DNA of 62,816 bases from Macrostomum lignano. Taxonomy: Eukaryota. Made by a program: the position numbers and the translations under genes. Location of the stretch: the NCBI GenBank assembly GCA_002269645.1, contig NIVC01004052.1, positions 1-62,816 on the forward strand, in the 5' to 3' direction. Of the stretch, positions 13,540 through 27,430 are shown piece after piece (positions within the stretch are counted from its first letter, which is position 1; each line of letters starts with the position of its first letter). The notes under the pieces were generated by a model. The model was given only the letters and a program-made list of their open reading frames with translations, was not told the DNA's origin and searched no databases.

Positions 13540-14867
13540 TCAATATACTAAATCTCTAAGGTTTGACCGGTATTCCAGTCCACAGCCTGAATGCCTGAAC
13601 CGTTTTTTTTCAAACTTGCTTTATTTAATTGCAAATTCTTGTGAGATTGTGTGGGTGTAATTGCATTGAAAAATTCGAATGAGAAGTTGGTTAAATATTC
13701 GAAAAACGAGTTTTTTTAATGCTTTCAATGGGAGGCTAGTAAAGGTCAAAATCTCACTAACTGAATTTTAATTCCAATTAAGATTGCGCCACAACTTTTC
13801 TCTGTTCACTGTGTACGCCTCAATACTGGCTGCAATAAGGGAGAGGAAAATAATGCTCAGTGGCTGCGTGTGTACATTCTGACCCTGGCTGACTGGCGGA
13901 CTGCATAGCCTATTGCTATTTATAGATTTCACTCAACTGTGCATTGGCTCTGCCTGCATACAACCTGTGCACACTGAGCAGCCTATCACTGCTATGTATT
14001 TGACTGCAGTGCCGAAGCATATATGGCTGATTTTTGCGCCCTCCGATCAGTAGGCGGAATAGCCGCAGTGTAGGCACTAGGACTAGGTTTTGAGGCGATA
14101 ATAGTAGTCACCTTTTAGCAGTTTGGGAGTGGTGCTAATCTGGGGAGCGGTGCTAATCTAAGGGAGTGGGGCTAATATAAAGGAGTGGGGGGGCTAATCT
14201 GGGGGATTGGGGCTAATCTGGAGGAAGTAGCGGTGCCAACTTTTGCGGAGTCGTGCAAATCTGGAGAAGTAGTGCTAATCTGGGAAGGTGAAACTATCTG
14301 GGAAGCGGCGGTAATCTGTGGAGCGGTGCTAATCTAGGCTGAGTGCTAATCTGGGCTGAGTGCTAATCTGGGCTGAGTGCTAATTTAGGCTGAGTGCTAA
14401 TCTAGGCTGAGTGCTAATCTGGGCTGAGTGCTAATCTAGGCAGAGTGCTAATCTAGGCTGAGTGCTAATCTGGGCTGAGTGCTAATCTAGGCAGAGTGCT
14501 AATCTAGGCTGAGTGCTAATCTTGGCTGAGTGCTAATCTGGGCTGAGTGCTAATCTAGGCTGAGTGCTAATCTAGGCTGAGTGCTAATCTGGGCTGAGTG
14601 CTAATCTGGGCTGAGTGCTAATCTAGGCTGAGTGCTAATCTGGGCGCAGTGCTAATCTGGACGTAGTGCTAATCTGGGGGAAGTGGGGCTAATCTGGCGG
14701 TGTGCGGCTAATATGGAGGGAGTAGTGCTAATCTTGGACGTAGTGCTAATCTGGGGGAAGTGGGGCTAATCTGGGGGTGTAGGGCTAATGTGGGAGAATA
14801 GTGCTAATCTGGTGAGGATTTGAAAATAACAAATAATCATAAAAAAACTATAAATGAATTGACATTG

Positions 14868-15089
14868 TGTTGTATATTAACAGAGAAGACACAGAGTATG
14901 CCCCCAAGCCCAATGTTTTGTTGTCTAAGGCACAACCTATTATTTTATAATAAAGTACGAGCTAGTTACAACATGAATCCCAAGAGGAGTTCGTAACTAC
15001 CGGAGCAATACGATAGCTCGAACCCCTAAGCGAACCGTTGTCTTCTTACTTAAATGTAGCAGCTCCACGTCGGAGCAGAAGACATAACA
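14868..15089 (+). repeat. 5' LTR of Gypsy element
   Basis: TG...CA termini; matches 19206-19427. Confidence 0.97.
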
Positions 15090-18000
15090 ATGGCGACGAG
15101 TACAAAAATCGGCGAGTTTGACGTGGCTAAACCGGATAAATGGGAAGCCTACGAAGAGCGGCTAGAACAATTTCTCGTCGTGAATAAAGTGACCGAGGAG
15201 GCACAAAAGCGAGCGAGCTTGATCACAGTGATAGGCAATGACTGTTATCAATTGCTACGCAACCTGCTATCGCCTAAGAAGCCTAAGGATGTGGCGTACG
15301 ACGAACAAGTGAAGACGCTGAGGGAACACTTCAACCCAAAGCCGAAGATTGTCGTCGAGCGGTACAACTTCCACAGCAGAGTCCAACACGAAGGAGAAAC
15401 AGTGAGTGACTTTGTTGCAAGTCTGCGGAGGTTGGCAGCCACGTGTGGTTTTGACAAGTTCCTGGAGGAGGCACTGAGAGACAGGTTCGTCGTTGGCCTC
15501 AGGAACAGGCTCATCCAGCAGCGATTGCTACAAGAAGAGACACTGACCCTGTCGGGTGCATTAACGCTAGCGACTGCGATAGAAGCAGCAGAGCGAGGAG
15601 TCGTGACTATCACCTCCGCCACAGGAGTCGGTCATAGTGTCAATTTCTCGAAGGAAACTAACAAGCAATCAACTGCAGCGCAACATGGGAAAAGGAGCCG
15701 CGCCCAAGATGGATGTTTCCGCTGTAACGCGAAGGATCATTGGGCAAGGAGCTGTCCATATAGGAATAAAACGTGCAGCAAATGCGGCCGAGTAGGACAT
15801 CTTAGAGATGCATGCCGTACAAAGGACAAGGCAAAAGAGTCTGGAAGTGGCAGGTCGAAGCGATTCAACTCTTCAAAACGTGGGAAGTCCGGTAAGGTGC
15901 ATTACGCGCGGAATTTCGACAGTGAGTCAGAAAGTGAGGGTTCGGACTGCAGTGGTCGAGACAAGCATTCCGAGATCAGGACTGTGTTTGCTACAGGAAT
16001 GGCTGGCTTTAGTGGATCAGCACCGTATATGTGCGAGTTAAATATAAATGGGCATTTTGTAAATTTCCAACTGGATACTGGCGCAGACAAGACCCTTATT
16101 AACGAAAATACTGGCAAGAAAATTGGCTTAAGGTGGTCTAAATCTAATGTTAGACTGTCAAGTTACACAGATCATCTCATACCAGTTCTGGGCGAAGCTA
16201 CTGTTATCGTAACTAACTATCAGGAAAGACAGTATCAACTAACTGCGCTTGTTGTGAAGGGAGACAGAGTGAATCTTCTAGGTCGGGACTGGCTCTCTTC
16301 GTTGAAAATTGACTGGAGCAAATTTGCCCATGTGAAAACAACAACGTTGGTTCCACCTATCGAGCAGTTAATGAAGAAGTATGATCAAGTGTTTGCTGAA
16401 AGCCTTGGCACTATCAAAGGGTTAAAGGCCAGAATACTGTTGAAAGAAAACTTCATTCCAAAGTTTTGTAAGAGTCGACCGGTGCCATTTGCGATCAAAA
16501 GCCTCATTGAAGAGGAGCTGGCGAATTTGCAAGCTCAAGGCATAATAAAAAAAGTGAGCGCATCAGACTTTGCATCTCTGATTGTCCCAGTTTTGAAGCG
16601 CGATGGAAAATCCGTAAGGATTTGCGCTGATTTTAAGAGAACCGTTAATCCCCAATTGGAAGTTGACAAGTACCCTCTGCCGAAACCGGAAGAAATTTTC
16701 GCAACTCTTAATGGTGGAAGAGTCTTCTCGAAATTGGATATTTCGCAAGCGTTTTTACAACTGGAACTGGAGGATTCGTGCAAAAAGTTTGCTACAATTA
16801 ACACACATCTGGGTTTGTTCCAATACGAGCGACTAACAATGGGTCTGGCATCAGCCCCTGCACAATTTCAAGAAGCGATGGAGAAAATTTTACAAGGCTT
16901 GGAAGTGGTTGTCTATATAGACGACATTCTTGTATCCGGCAGTTGTTTGGAAGACCACGACAAAAGACTGGAAGCTGTATTAGAACGTCTTTTAGCTCAC
17001 GGTGTGCATTTGAATCGGAAAAAGTGTGAATTCCGCCTAAATAGAATTGAATTCTTGGGCTACGTTATCGATGAATCGGGAATCCATCCCTCGAAAGAGA
17101 AAGTTCAGGCAATTCATGAAGCTCCAACACCAACTAACGTGTCAGAGGTTCGTTCCTTGATAGGAATGATCAGCTATTATGGAAAGTTTATTCCAAACCT
17201 ATCATCAATACTGGTACCTCTCAACAGACTATTGCACAAAGACGCAGAGTTTCATTGAAGTGAGGCGTGTTCGGCAGCATTCGAGAAAGTGAAGGCAACT
17301 CTAACTTCTGAGCGTGTTCTGGCTCATTTTGATCCTAAGAAGCAGCTTCTATTGCAAACGGACGCCTCCAAATATGGAATCGGGTGTGTCATCTCACATT
17401 TGATGCCCAATGGCGAGGAAAGGCCTGTAGCATTTGCTTCGAGAACTCTAACAAAACCTGAGATCAACTACTCTCAACTAGAGAAAGAAGCGCTGGCCAT
17501 CATATTCGGAGTTAAAAGATTTCACCAATATCTTTTTGGACATCATTTTATACTAGTGACTGACCATAAACCCCTACTGACCATTTTTGGAGATAAGAAG
17601 GACATTCCTAGCATAGCAGCAAGCAGACTTCAGCGCTGGGCCGTGTTGCTTTCTGCCCATCAGTATACCATCAAATTCAGAAGAACAGAGGATCATTCTA
17701 ATGCTGACGCACTTTCACGTCTCCCAGTGCCTGGTAATATCAGCAAGGTTGATCGTGTCTTGGAGGTCAGGCTAGAAATGCTACCAGTCAACGCAGAAAC
17801 AATACGAACCGAGACACAGAAAGATTCACAGCTTCAGAGAGTTGTTCGATACTGTCAAAATGGTTGGCCAGACACCTGTGAGAAAGAGCTGGAACAGTAC
17901 TTCAGGAAGCGGAACGAGTTTTGCATTGAGCAAGGTGTGCTATTTTGGGGAGTAAGAGTAATTATTCCAAGAAGCTTACAACAGGTTGTGTTAGAACTGC

Positions 18001-19160
18001 TTCATGATGGACATCCAGGAATTGTTGCAATGAAATCCATAGCTAGACTGCATGTATGGTTCCCAGGAATCGACAAGGCTATAGAAGCCCTAGTCCATAG
18101 TTGTGAAGGCTGTCAGCTGCAAAGGAATTTGCCTGCACAAGCACCAGTTCAGCCTCTTGTCTGGCCGGAAAGGCCTTGGACTCGAATTCAACTGGACTAC
18201 ATGGGACCATTCCATGGATACTACTGGCTTGTTATAGTCGATGCAACAAGTAAATGGGTTGAGATCTTTCCCATGAAGCACGCAACTACCAACAGGACGA
18301 TAGAATGCCTACGAGAAACTTTCGCACGATTTGGCATCCCACAGCAAGTGTTGAGTGACAATGGAAGCCAGTTCTGCTCAGCTGAGTTCCGTACTTTCCT
18401 AGAGCGGAATAACATCCGACAGATTTTGACAGCTGTTGGACATCCGCGTACCAACGGACTTAGTGAAAGAATGGTGCAAACAGCAAAGTCTGCTATTAAA
18501 GCAGGAATTAAGACTCACGGTGATCCAATCTTGAGCATGCAGAACTTTCTGTTTCGCTATCGCAGTACACCTCATTCAACAACCGGTAGAACACCAGCAG
18601 AGATGATGCTATGCTACAGTCGCAGGACACGGTTGGATTTTCTTAAGCCGGATGCTTACTCAAGAGTGTTAAACAAGCAGACGGATGTCACTGAACGACA
18701 AATAGAGAGAGGATCAACTATTCGAGAATTTCAAGAAGGAGACTCAGTTCTGACGTTGGACTTCAGAAGGGAGCGAGAAAACAGGTGGATTTCTGCCAAG
18801 GTGATCGCCCGCACAGGACCGCTGTCCTATAGACTGTTGGTCAACGGACAAGTCTGGAAGCGACACGTCGACCAAATTGTCAGTGCAGAATTACCTGGAC
18901 AGAACAAGCCGGAGGCTCATCACCTACCGCCTATTCTGAAGGATCCTAGGAGAGTTCAGAGCGACAAAACTACCACCGAGAAAGAGCGGCGAGAGAGTGA
19001 ATCAACTCAACCGGTCCAAGACGTGCCAAGCCGAGGAGAATCTCAGACAGCGGACACAGACCAGGATGACGCTGACCCTGGAGCAGAAGGCGTGGGCACA
19101 AGGATACTGAGGGATCGAAGCAAATTGAGAAAACCGGATCGGTTGCATTACAGTGAATAA
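15090..19160 (+). pseudogene. gag-pol: Single-frame gag-pol (two CCHC knuckles, protease, RT, RNase H, integrase) broken by one in-frame TGA at 17256-17258
   Basis: CFRCNAKDHWARSC and CSKCGRVGHLRDAC; protease LDTGAD; RT YIDDILV; RNase H TDAS; integrase HDGH...CEGC, LDYMGP/SDNGSQF/GLSER; GPLSY motif. The two track ORFs share a frame; EFH*SEAC corresponds to the usual F.W. Confidence 0.93.
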
Positions 19161-19205
19161 TTCCGGATAACTGACAATGCAACTTTTTATTGACAAAAGG
19201 GGGAA

Positions 19206-19427
19206 TGTTGTATATTAACAGAGAAGACACAGAGTATGCCCCCAAGCCCAATGTTTTGTTGTCTAAGGCACAACCTATTATTTTATAATAAAGTACGAGC
19301 TAGTTACAACATGAATCCCAAGAGGAGTTCGTAACTACCGGAGCAATACGATAGCTCGAACCCCTAAGCGAACCGTTGTCTTCTTACTTAAATGTAGCAG
19401 CTCCACGTCGGAGCAGAAGACATAACA
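19206..19427 (+). repeat. 3' LTR of Gypsy element
   Basis: Identical by eye to the 5' LTR; followed by TSD CATTG. Confidence 0.97.
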
Positions 19428-20214
19428 CATTGCAAAGTTTCAAACATTAAGAAATGTAACTTTTTAGTCTCAGTAAAATTGGTGTACAACAGCTTAGAGA
19501 TTTGCTACTGCAGAACTGCTCGGAGATTAGTGAGATTTGCTCAGCGACTGTGCAAAACTGCTTATAGACAAGCGCTAAACTGCTAAGAAGCCACCCGGAG
19601 GGGGGCTAAATGGCTAGTCCTATATACTAAAAATGAGTTGTCTGTGGGTATGTGGGTATGCGATAGATTTCAGAAAAATTCGCTCAACCGATTTTCTTCC
19701 AACTTGCACCATTCGATCAGAAATTTTCCTGGGACGGTACATGCATCCTGGCTAAGAAATTGCTCAATATTAAAGGGATTAAATATTCGAAAAACATGCT
19801 TTTTTGCAAAGGTCAAGCAGCTCTTTCGACCTGAAATGCATTGTAAGAATGCTAGAGAAAAAACTGACTGACTGAATTCCAATTGTGATAAAGATTGCAT
19901 CACAACAAGTTGAAAACAGTGCCGAAGAAATGCACACAAGACTTGATTTAAACTGCGTAACAATATTGCTAACTTGAACTGAGACTGGTACTGGCTGACT
20001 GAGAAATTGATTATGTCATAACTTTTTACTTTAATTGACTTGCTGTAAGAATTGAATTATAAGGGCCACAATTCATGTACTCCAATTGAAAAGAGATAGC
20101 CTAGATACGAACAGACTGGACTGCCAACGTAGCGACCTGGGTTCGAATCTTAGTAGTGCAAAATAATTTTTTTATAAAACACCTTGAAAACACGAAACTA
20201 GTAAACATAAAAAA

Positions 20215-23070
20215 GCACAATGTCAAACATAAAAGAGGCACCATGTCAAACATTACATGGGCACCATGTAAAACATATACGTGACTCTACGTCAAACATT
20301 AAAGAGCCACCATGTGAAACATAAAAGAGTCACCATTTCGAACATTAAAGAGCCACCACGTCGAACATTAAAGTGCCACCATGTCAAACGTAAAAGAGCC
20401 ACCATGAAGAACATTAAAGAGCCACCATGCCAAACATAAAAGAGCCACTATGTCGAACATTAAAGAGCTAGCATGTCAAACATTAAAGAGCCACCATGTC
20501 GAACATTAAAGAGCCACCATTTCGAACATAAAAGAGCCCCCATGTAAAACATTAAAGAGCCACCATGTAAGACATTTAAGAGCCATAATGTGAAACATTT
20601 AAGAGCCACCATGTCAAACCTAAAAGAGCCACCATGTCGAACATAACAGAGCTACCATGTCAAACCTAAAAGAGCCACCATGTCGAACATAACAGAGCTA
20701 CCATGTTAAACCTAAAAGAGCCACCACGAACCTTTATGTCGTACATTAAAGAGCCACCATTTCAAACATTAAAGAGCCACCATGTCAAACATAGAAGAGC
20801 CACAATGTCAAACATAGAAGAGCCACAATGTCAGATATTAAAAAGCCACCGTATCAAACATAAAAGAGTTACCATGTAGAACAAAAAAGAGCCACCATGT
20901 CGAACATAAAAGAGCCAACATGTCAAACCTAAACGAGCCACCATGTCTAATATTTAAGAGGCACCATGCAAAACATATAAGTGACTTTATGTCAAACATT
21001 AAAGAGCCACCATGTCAAGCATAAAACAGCCACCATGTCAAACATTAAAGAGCCATGTCAAACACTAAAGAGCCAACATGTCGAACATAAAAGAGCCACC
21101 ATGTCAAACATTAAAGAGCCACCATGTCAGACATTAAAGAGCCACTATGTCAAACATAAAAGAGCCACCATGTCAAACATTAAAGAGCCACCATATCGAA
21201 CACTAAAGAGCCACCATGTCAAACATATGTGACTCCAATGTCAAATATATACGTGACTCCATGTCACACATGAAAGAGCCACCATCTAAAACATATACAT
21301 ATGACTACATAACAAACATTAAACAGCCACCATGTCGAACATTAAAGAGCCATCATGTCAAACATAAAAGAGCCACCATGTCAAACATTAAAGAGCCACC
21401 ATGTCAGACATTAAAGAGCCACTATGTAAAACATAAAAGAGCCACCATGTCAAACATTAAAGAGCCACCATATCGAACACTAAAGAGCCACCATGTCAAA
21501 CATATGTGACTCCATGTCAAATATATACGTGACTCCATGTCACACATAAAAGAGCCACCATGTCAAACATTAAAGAGCCACTATGTCAAACATAAAAGAG
21601 CCACCATGTAAAGCATATACGTGACTCCATGCCAAATATATACGTGACTCCATGTCAAACACATACGTGACTCCATGTGAAACACTAGAGAGCCACTATG
21701 TCAAACACTAAAGAGCCACCATGTCAAACATTAAAGAGCCACCATGTCAAGGATAAAAGAGCCACCATGTCAAACATTAAAGAGCCACCATGTCGAACAT
21801 TAAAGAGCCACCATGTCAGGCATAAAAGAGCCACCATGTCAAACATTTAAGAGCCATGTCAAACACTAAAGAGCCACCATGTCAAACATTAAAGAGCCAC
21901 CATGTCAAACATATACGTGACTCACTGTCTAACATTAAAAAGCCACCATGTCGAGCATTAAAAGCCACCATGTCAAACATTAAAGAGCCACCATATCGAA
22001 CACTAAAGAGCCACCATGTCAAACATATATGTGACTCCATGTCAAATATATACGTCACTCCATGTCACACATAAAAGAGCCACCATGTAAAACATATACA
22101 TATGACTACATAACAAACAATTAACAGCCACCATGTCGAACATTAAGGAGCCATTATGTCAAACATAAAAGAGCCACCATGTCAAACATTAAAGAGCCAC
22201 CATGTCAAACATTATAGAGCCACTATGTCAAACATAAAAGAGCCACCATGTAAAGCATATACGTGACTCCATGCCAAATATATACGTGACTCCATGTCAA
22301 ACACATACGTGACTCCATGTGAAACACTAAAGAGCCACCATGTCAAACATTGAAGAGCCACGATGTCGAACATTTAAGAGCACCATGTTAAACATAAAGG
22401 AGCCACCATGTCGAGCAGTAAAGAGCCACCATGTTGAACATTTAAGAGCCACAATGTCAAATATTAAAGAGCACAATGTAGAACATTAAAGAGCCACAAT
22501 GTAGAACATTAAAGAACCACCATGTAGAACATTAAAATGCCACCATGTCAAACATTAAAGAGCAACAATGTAGAAAATTAAAGAGCCACAATGTAGAACA
22601 TTAAAGAGCCACAATGTCGAGTATTAAAGAGACACCATGTCAAACATTAAAAAGCCACCATGTCAAACAATAAAGAGCCACCATGTTGAACATTAAAGAG
22701 CCACCATGTCAACATTAAAGAGCCAGCATGTTGAACAGTAAAGAGCCACCATGTCGAACATTAAAGAGCCACCATGTCGAACGTTAAAGAGCCACCATGT
22801 CGAACGTTAAAGAGCCACCATGTCAAACATTAACGAGCCACGATGTCAAACATAAAAGAGCTACCAAGTTAGACATAGAAGAGCCACCATGTGAAACATA
22901 TATGTGACTCCATGTCAAACATTAAAGAGCCACCGTTTCTAACATTAAGGAGCCACCATGACAAACATAAAACTGGCACGATGTAAAACATTAAAGAGCC
23001 ACCATGTAGAACATTAAAGAGTCACCATGCCAAACATTAAAAAGCCACCAATTCAAACATAAAATAGTCA
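20215..23070. repeat. 23-bp minisatellite (ATGTCAAACATTAAAGAGCCACC)n in H4
   Basis: Tandem 23-mers with variant units (e.g. ACATATACGTGACTCC). Confidence 0.95.
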
Positions 23071-23189
23071 CCATTTCAAACACAGGAGAGACATTTTCAA
23101 ACGTAATAAGAAGCGTCATGCCAATCATAAAGGAGCCCCTAGAAAGCTAAAAGGAAATGTTGCACTATATACTTTTTGTCTGGTGGATG

Positions 23190-23450
23190 CTTGCTATTTA
23201 AGGATAGATACTTGCTATCTGGGGGTTCTTTCTATCTGGGGTGCTTGCTATCTGAGGGATGCTTGCTATCTGGGGGTGCTTGCTATCTGGGAGTGCTTGC
23301 TATCTGGGGGTGCTTGCTATCTGGGGGTGCTTGCTATCTGGTGGTGCTTGCTATCTGGGGGTGCTTGCTATCTGGGGGTGCTTGCTATCTGGGGGTGCTT
23401 GCTATCTGGGGGTGCTTGCTATCTGGGAGGAGGGGGGATGCTTGCTGTCT
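23190..23450. repeat. 17-bp repeat (TGCTTGCTATCTGGGGG)n near the H4 3' end
   Basis: Direct reading; copied at ~27030-27290. Confidence 0.9.
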
Positions 23451-23592
23451 TGGGATGTTTTCTTTTTGCATTGCGCTTCATTTGAGCAGTTTTTCTGTTG
23501 TCTTTGTGAAGACTCTATTTGGCGGTTTTTTTTACTTGTAGAGAACAGAAGTTCTATCCAGATGTCCCCCATCGGGGGGCAAAGATTGCTAG

Positions 23593-26500
23593 TCAAATAT
23601 ACTAAAAATGAAAAAATTGCTTGCTTGCTTCCTATATACTAAACAAAGGCTCAGCCGATTTTCTTCAAACTTGCACCATTCGATCAGAAATTTTCCTGGG
23701 ACGGTACATGCATCTTGGCTAAGAAATTTCTCGATGTTAAAGGGATTAAATATTCGAAAAACATGCTTTTTTGCAAAGGTCAAGCAGCTCTTTCGACCTA
23801 AAATTCATTGTAAGAATGCTAGAGAAAAAACTGACTGACTGAATTCTGATTGTGATAAAGATTACATCACAAGTTGAAAACAGTGTCGAAAAAATGCGCA
23901 TAAGACTTGGTTGAAATTGCGTAACCATATTGCTAACTTAAATTGAGACTGATACTGGCTGACTGAGAAATTGATTATGTCATAACTTTTTACTCTAACC
24001 AACTTGCTGTAAGAAATAAAAATTATAAGGGCCAAAATTCACATTCTCCAATTAAAAAGAGATAGCCCAGATGCGAACAGACTGGAATGCTAATGTAGCG
24101 ACCTGAGTTCGAATCTTAGTTGTGCAAAAATTTTTTATTAAAACACCTTAAAAACACACAAAACTGCTAAACATAAAAGAGACAATGTCAAACATAGAAG
24201 AGCAACCATGTCGAATATTAAAGAGTTACCATGTAAAACATATAAGTGACTTTATGTCAAACATTAAAGAGCCACCATGTCAAACATCAAAGAGCCACCA
24301 TGTCAAACATCAAAGAGCCACCATGTCAAACATTAGAGCCACCATGTCGAACATTAAAGAGCCACAATGTCAAAAATTAAAGAGCCACATGTCAAACATA
24401 AAAGAGCCACTATGCCATACATTAAAGAGCCATCGTGTCGAACATTAAGGAGCCACCATGTCGAACAATAAAGAGCCACCATGTCAAACATTAAAGAGCC
24501 ACCATTTCAAACATAAAAGAGCCACTATGTAAAACATGTATGACTCTATATCAAACATATACGTGACTTCATGTCGAACATTAAAGAGCCACCATGTCAA
24601 ACATAAAAGAGACGTTTTTTCAAACACAAAAGAGCCACCATGTTGAACATTAAAGAGCTACCATGTCAAACATTAAAGAGCCACCATATCAAACATTAAA
24701 GTGCCATCGTGTCGAACATTAAAGAGCCACCATGTCGAACATCAAAGAGCCACCATGTCAAACATTAGAGCCACCATGTCGAACATTAAAAAGCCACAAC
24801 GTCAAAAATTAAAGAGCCACCATGTCGAACATTAAAAAGTCACCATGTCAAACATATATGTGACTCCATGTCGAACATTAAAGAGCCACCATGTAGAACA
24901 TTAAAGAGCCACCATGTAAAAATTTAAAGAGCCACCATGTCAAACATATAAGAGACTTTATTTCAAACATAAAAGAGCCACCATGTTGAACATTAAAGAG
25001 CTACCATGTCAAACATTAAAGAGCCACCATATCAAACATTAAAGTGCCATCGTGTCGAACATTAAAGAGCCACCATGTCGAACATCAAAGAGCCACCATG
25101 TCTAACATTAAAAAGCCACAACGTCAAAAATTAAAGAGCCACAATGTCGAACATTAAAGAGTCACCATGTCAAACATATATGTGACTCCATGTCGAACAT
25201 TAAAGAGCCACCATATCAAACATTAAAGTGCCACCATGTCGAACATATAGGAGCCACTATGTCGAACATAAAAGAACCACCATGTAGAACATAAAAGAGC
25301 CACCATGTCTAATATAAAAGAGCCACCATGTCGAACATATAGGAGCCACTATGTCGAACATAAAAGAACCACCATGTAGAACATAAAAGAGCCACCATGT
25401 CTAATATAAAAGAGCCACCATGTCGAACATAAAGGAGCCAACCTGTAAAACATTTAAAAGATTCACCATGTCAAACATATAAGTGACTTCATTTCAAACA
25501 TTAAAGAGCCACTATGTCAAACATTAAAGAGCCACCATGTAAAGCATATACGTGACTCCATGCCAAATATATACGTGACTCCATGTCAAACACATACGTG
25601 ACTCCATGTGAAACACTAGAGAGCCACTATGTCAAACACTAAAGAGCCACCATGTCAAACATTAAAGAGCCACCATGTCAAGGATAAAGGAGCCACCATG
25701 TCAAACATTAAAGAGCCACCATGTCGAACATTAAAGAGCCACCATGTCAGGCATAAAAGAGCCACCATGTCAAACATTTAAGAGCCATGTCAAACACTAA
25801 AGAGCCACCATGTCAAACATTAAAGAGCCACCATGTCAAACATATACGTGACTCACTGTCTAACATTAAAAAGCCACCATGTCGAGCATTAAAAGCCACC
25901 ATGTCAAACATTAAAGAGCCACCATATCGAACACTAAAGAGCCACCATGTCAAACATATATGTGACTCCATGTCAAATATATACGTCACTCCATGTCACA
26001 CATAAAAGAGCCACCATGTAAAACATATACATATGAATACATAACAAACAATTAACAGCCACCATGTCGAACATTAAGGAGCCATTATGTCAAACATAAA
26101 AGAGCCACCATGTCAAACATTAAAGAGCCACCATGTCAAACATTATAGAGCCACTATGTCAAACATAAAAGAGCCACCATGTAAAGCATATACGTGACTC
26201 CATGCCAAATATATACGTGACTCCATGTCAAACACATACGTGACTCCATGTGAAACACTAAAGAGCCACCATGTCAAACATTAAAGAGCCACGATGTCGA
26301 ACATTTAAGAGCACCATGTTAAACATAAAGGAGCCACCATGTCGAGCAGTAAAGAGCCACCATGTTGAACATTTAAGAGCCACAATGTCAAATATTAAAG
26401 AGCACAATGTAGAACATTAAAGAGCCACAATGTAGAACATTAAAGAACCACCATGTAGAACATTAAAATGCCACCATGTCAAACATTAAAGAGCAACAAT

Positions 26501-27430
26501 GTAGAATATTAAAGAGCCACCATGTTGAACATTAAAGAGCCACCATGTCAAACATTAAAGAGCCAGCATGTTGAACAGTAAAGAGCCACCATGTCGAACA
26601 TTAAAGAGCCACCATGTCGAACGTTAAAGAGCCACCATGTCGAACGTTAAAGAGCCACCATGTCAAACATTAACGAGCCACGATGTCAAACATAAAAGAG
26701 CTACCAAGTTAGACATAGAAGAGCCACCATGTGAAACATATATGTGACTCCATGTCAAACATTAAAGAGCCACCGTTTCTAACATTAAGGAGCCACCATG
26801 ACAAACATAAAACTGGCACGATGTAAAACATTAAAGAGCCACCATGTAGAACATTAAAGAGTCACCATGCCAAACATTAAAAAGCCACCAATTCAAACAT
26901 AAAATAGTCACCATTTCAAACACAGGAGAGACATTTTCAAACGTAATAAGAAGCGTCATGCCAATCATAAAGGAGCCCCTAGAAAGCTAAAAGGAAATGT
27001 TGCACTATATACTTTTTGTCTGGTGGATGCTTGCTATTTAAGGATAGATACTTGCTATCTGGGGGTTCTTTCTATCTGGGGTGCTTGCTATCTGAGGGAT
27101 GCTTGCTATCTGGGGGTGCTTGCTATCTGGGAGTGCTTGCTATCTGGGGGTGCTTGCTATCTGGGGGTGCTTGCTATCTGGTGGTGCTTGCTATCTGGGG
27201 GTGCTTGCTATCTGGGGGTGCTTGCTATCTGGGGGTGCTTGCTATCTGGGGGTGCTTGCTATCTGGGAGGAGGGGGATGCTTGCTGTCTTGGGATGTTTT
27301 CTTTTTGCATTGCGCTTCATTTGAGCAGTTTTTCTGTTGTCTTTGTGAAGACTCTATTTGGCGGTTTTTTTTACTTGTAGAGAACAGAAGTTCTATCCAG
27401 ATGTCCCCCATCGGGGGCAAAGATTGCTAG
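23593..27430 (+). mobile_element. Non-autonomous Helitron unit H5 (H6-type head, H4-type tail)
   Basis: Head essentially identical to 27431 onward (offset 3838); tail nearly identical to the H4 tail; contains the 23-bp array at ~24175-26910. Confidence 0.8.

Larger units (their letters stand above)
14868..19427 (+). mobile_element. Full-length Ty3/Gypsy LTR retrotransposon (Mag-like), 4560 bp
   Basis: 222-bp LTRs TGTTG...TAACA at 14868-15089 and 19206-19427, identical by eye. 5-bp TSD CATTG (14863-67 and 19428-32); the empty site has a single CATTG in H2. PBS TGGCGACGAG at 15091; PPT AAAAGGGGGAA just before the 3' LTR. Confidence 0.97.
13540..19617 (+). mobile_element. Non-autonomous Helitron unit H3 (H2 relative with ~1-kb internal deletion and a Gypsy insertion)
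   Basis: Head nearly identical to H2; joins H2-equivalent ~11770 to ~12800 at ~14090; expanded 17-bp repeat at ~14330-14640; same 3' hairpin and CTAG at 19614-19617. Confidence 0.8.
19618..23592 (+). mobile_element. Non-autonomous Helitron unit H4
   Basis: 5' TCCTATATACTAAAAATG...GCTCAACCGATTTT head; 3' GTCCCCC-ATC-GGGGGGC hairpin + AAAGATTGCTAG. Confidence 0.8.

Noticed and set aside
17256-17258. Alternative genetic code (TGA = Trp) to rescue the Gypsy ORF
   Set aside because: Other ORFs in the window use TGG for Trp and terminate at TGA (e.g. 61336-38, 37034-36); a point mutation or read error is simpler.
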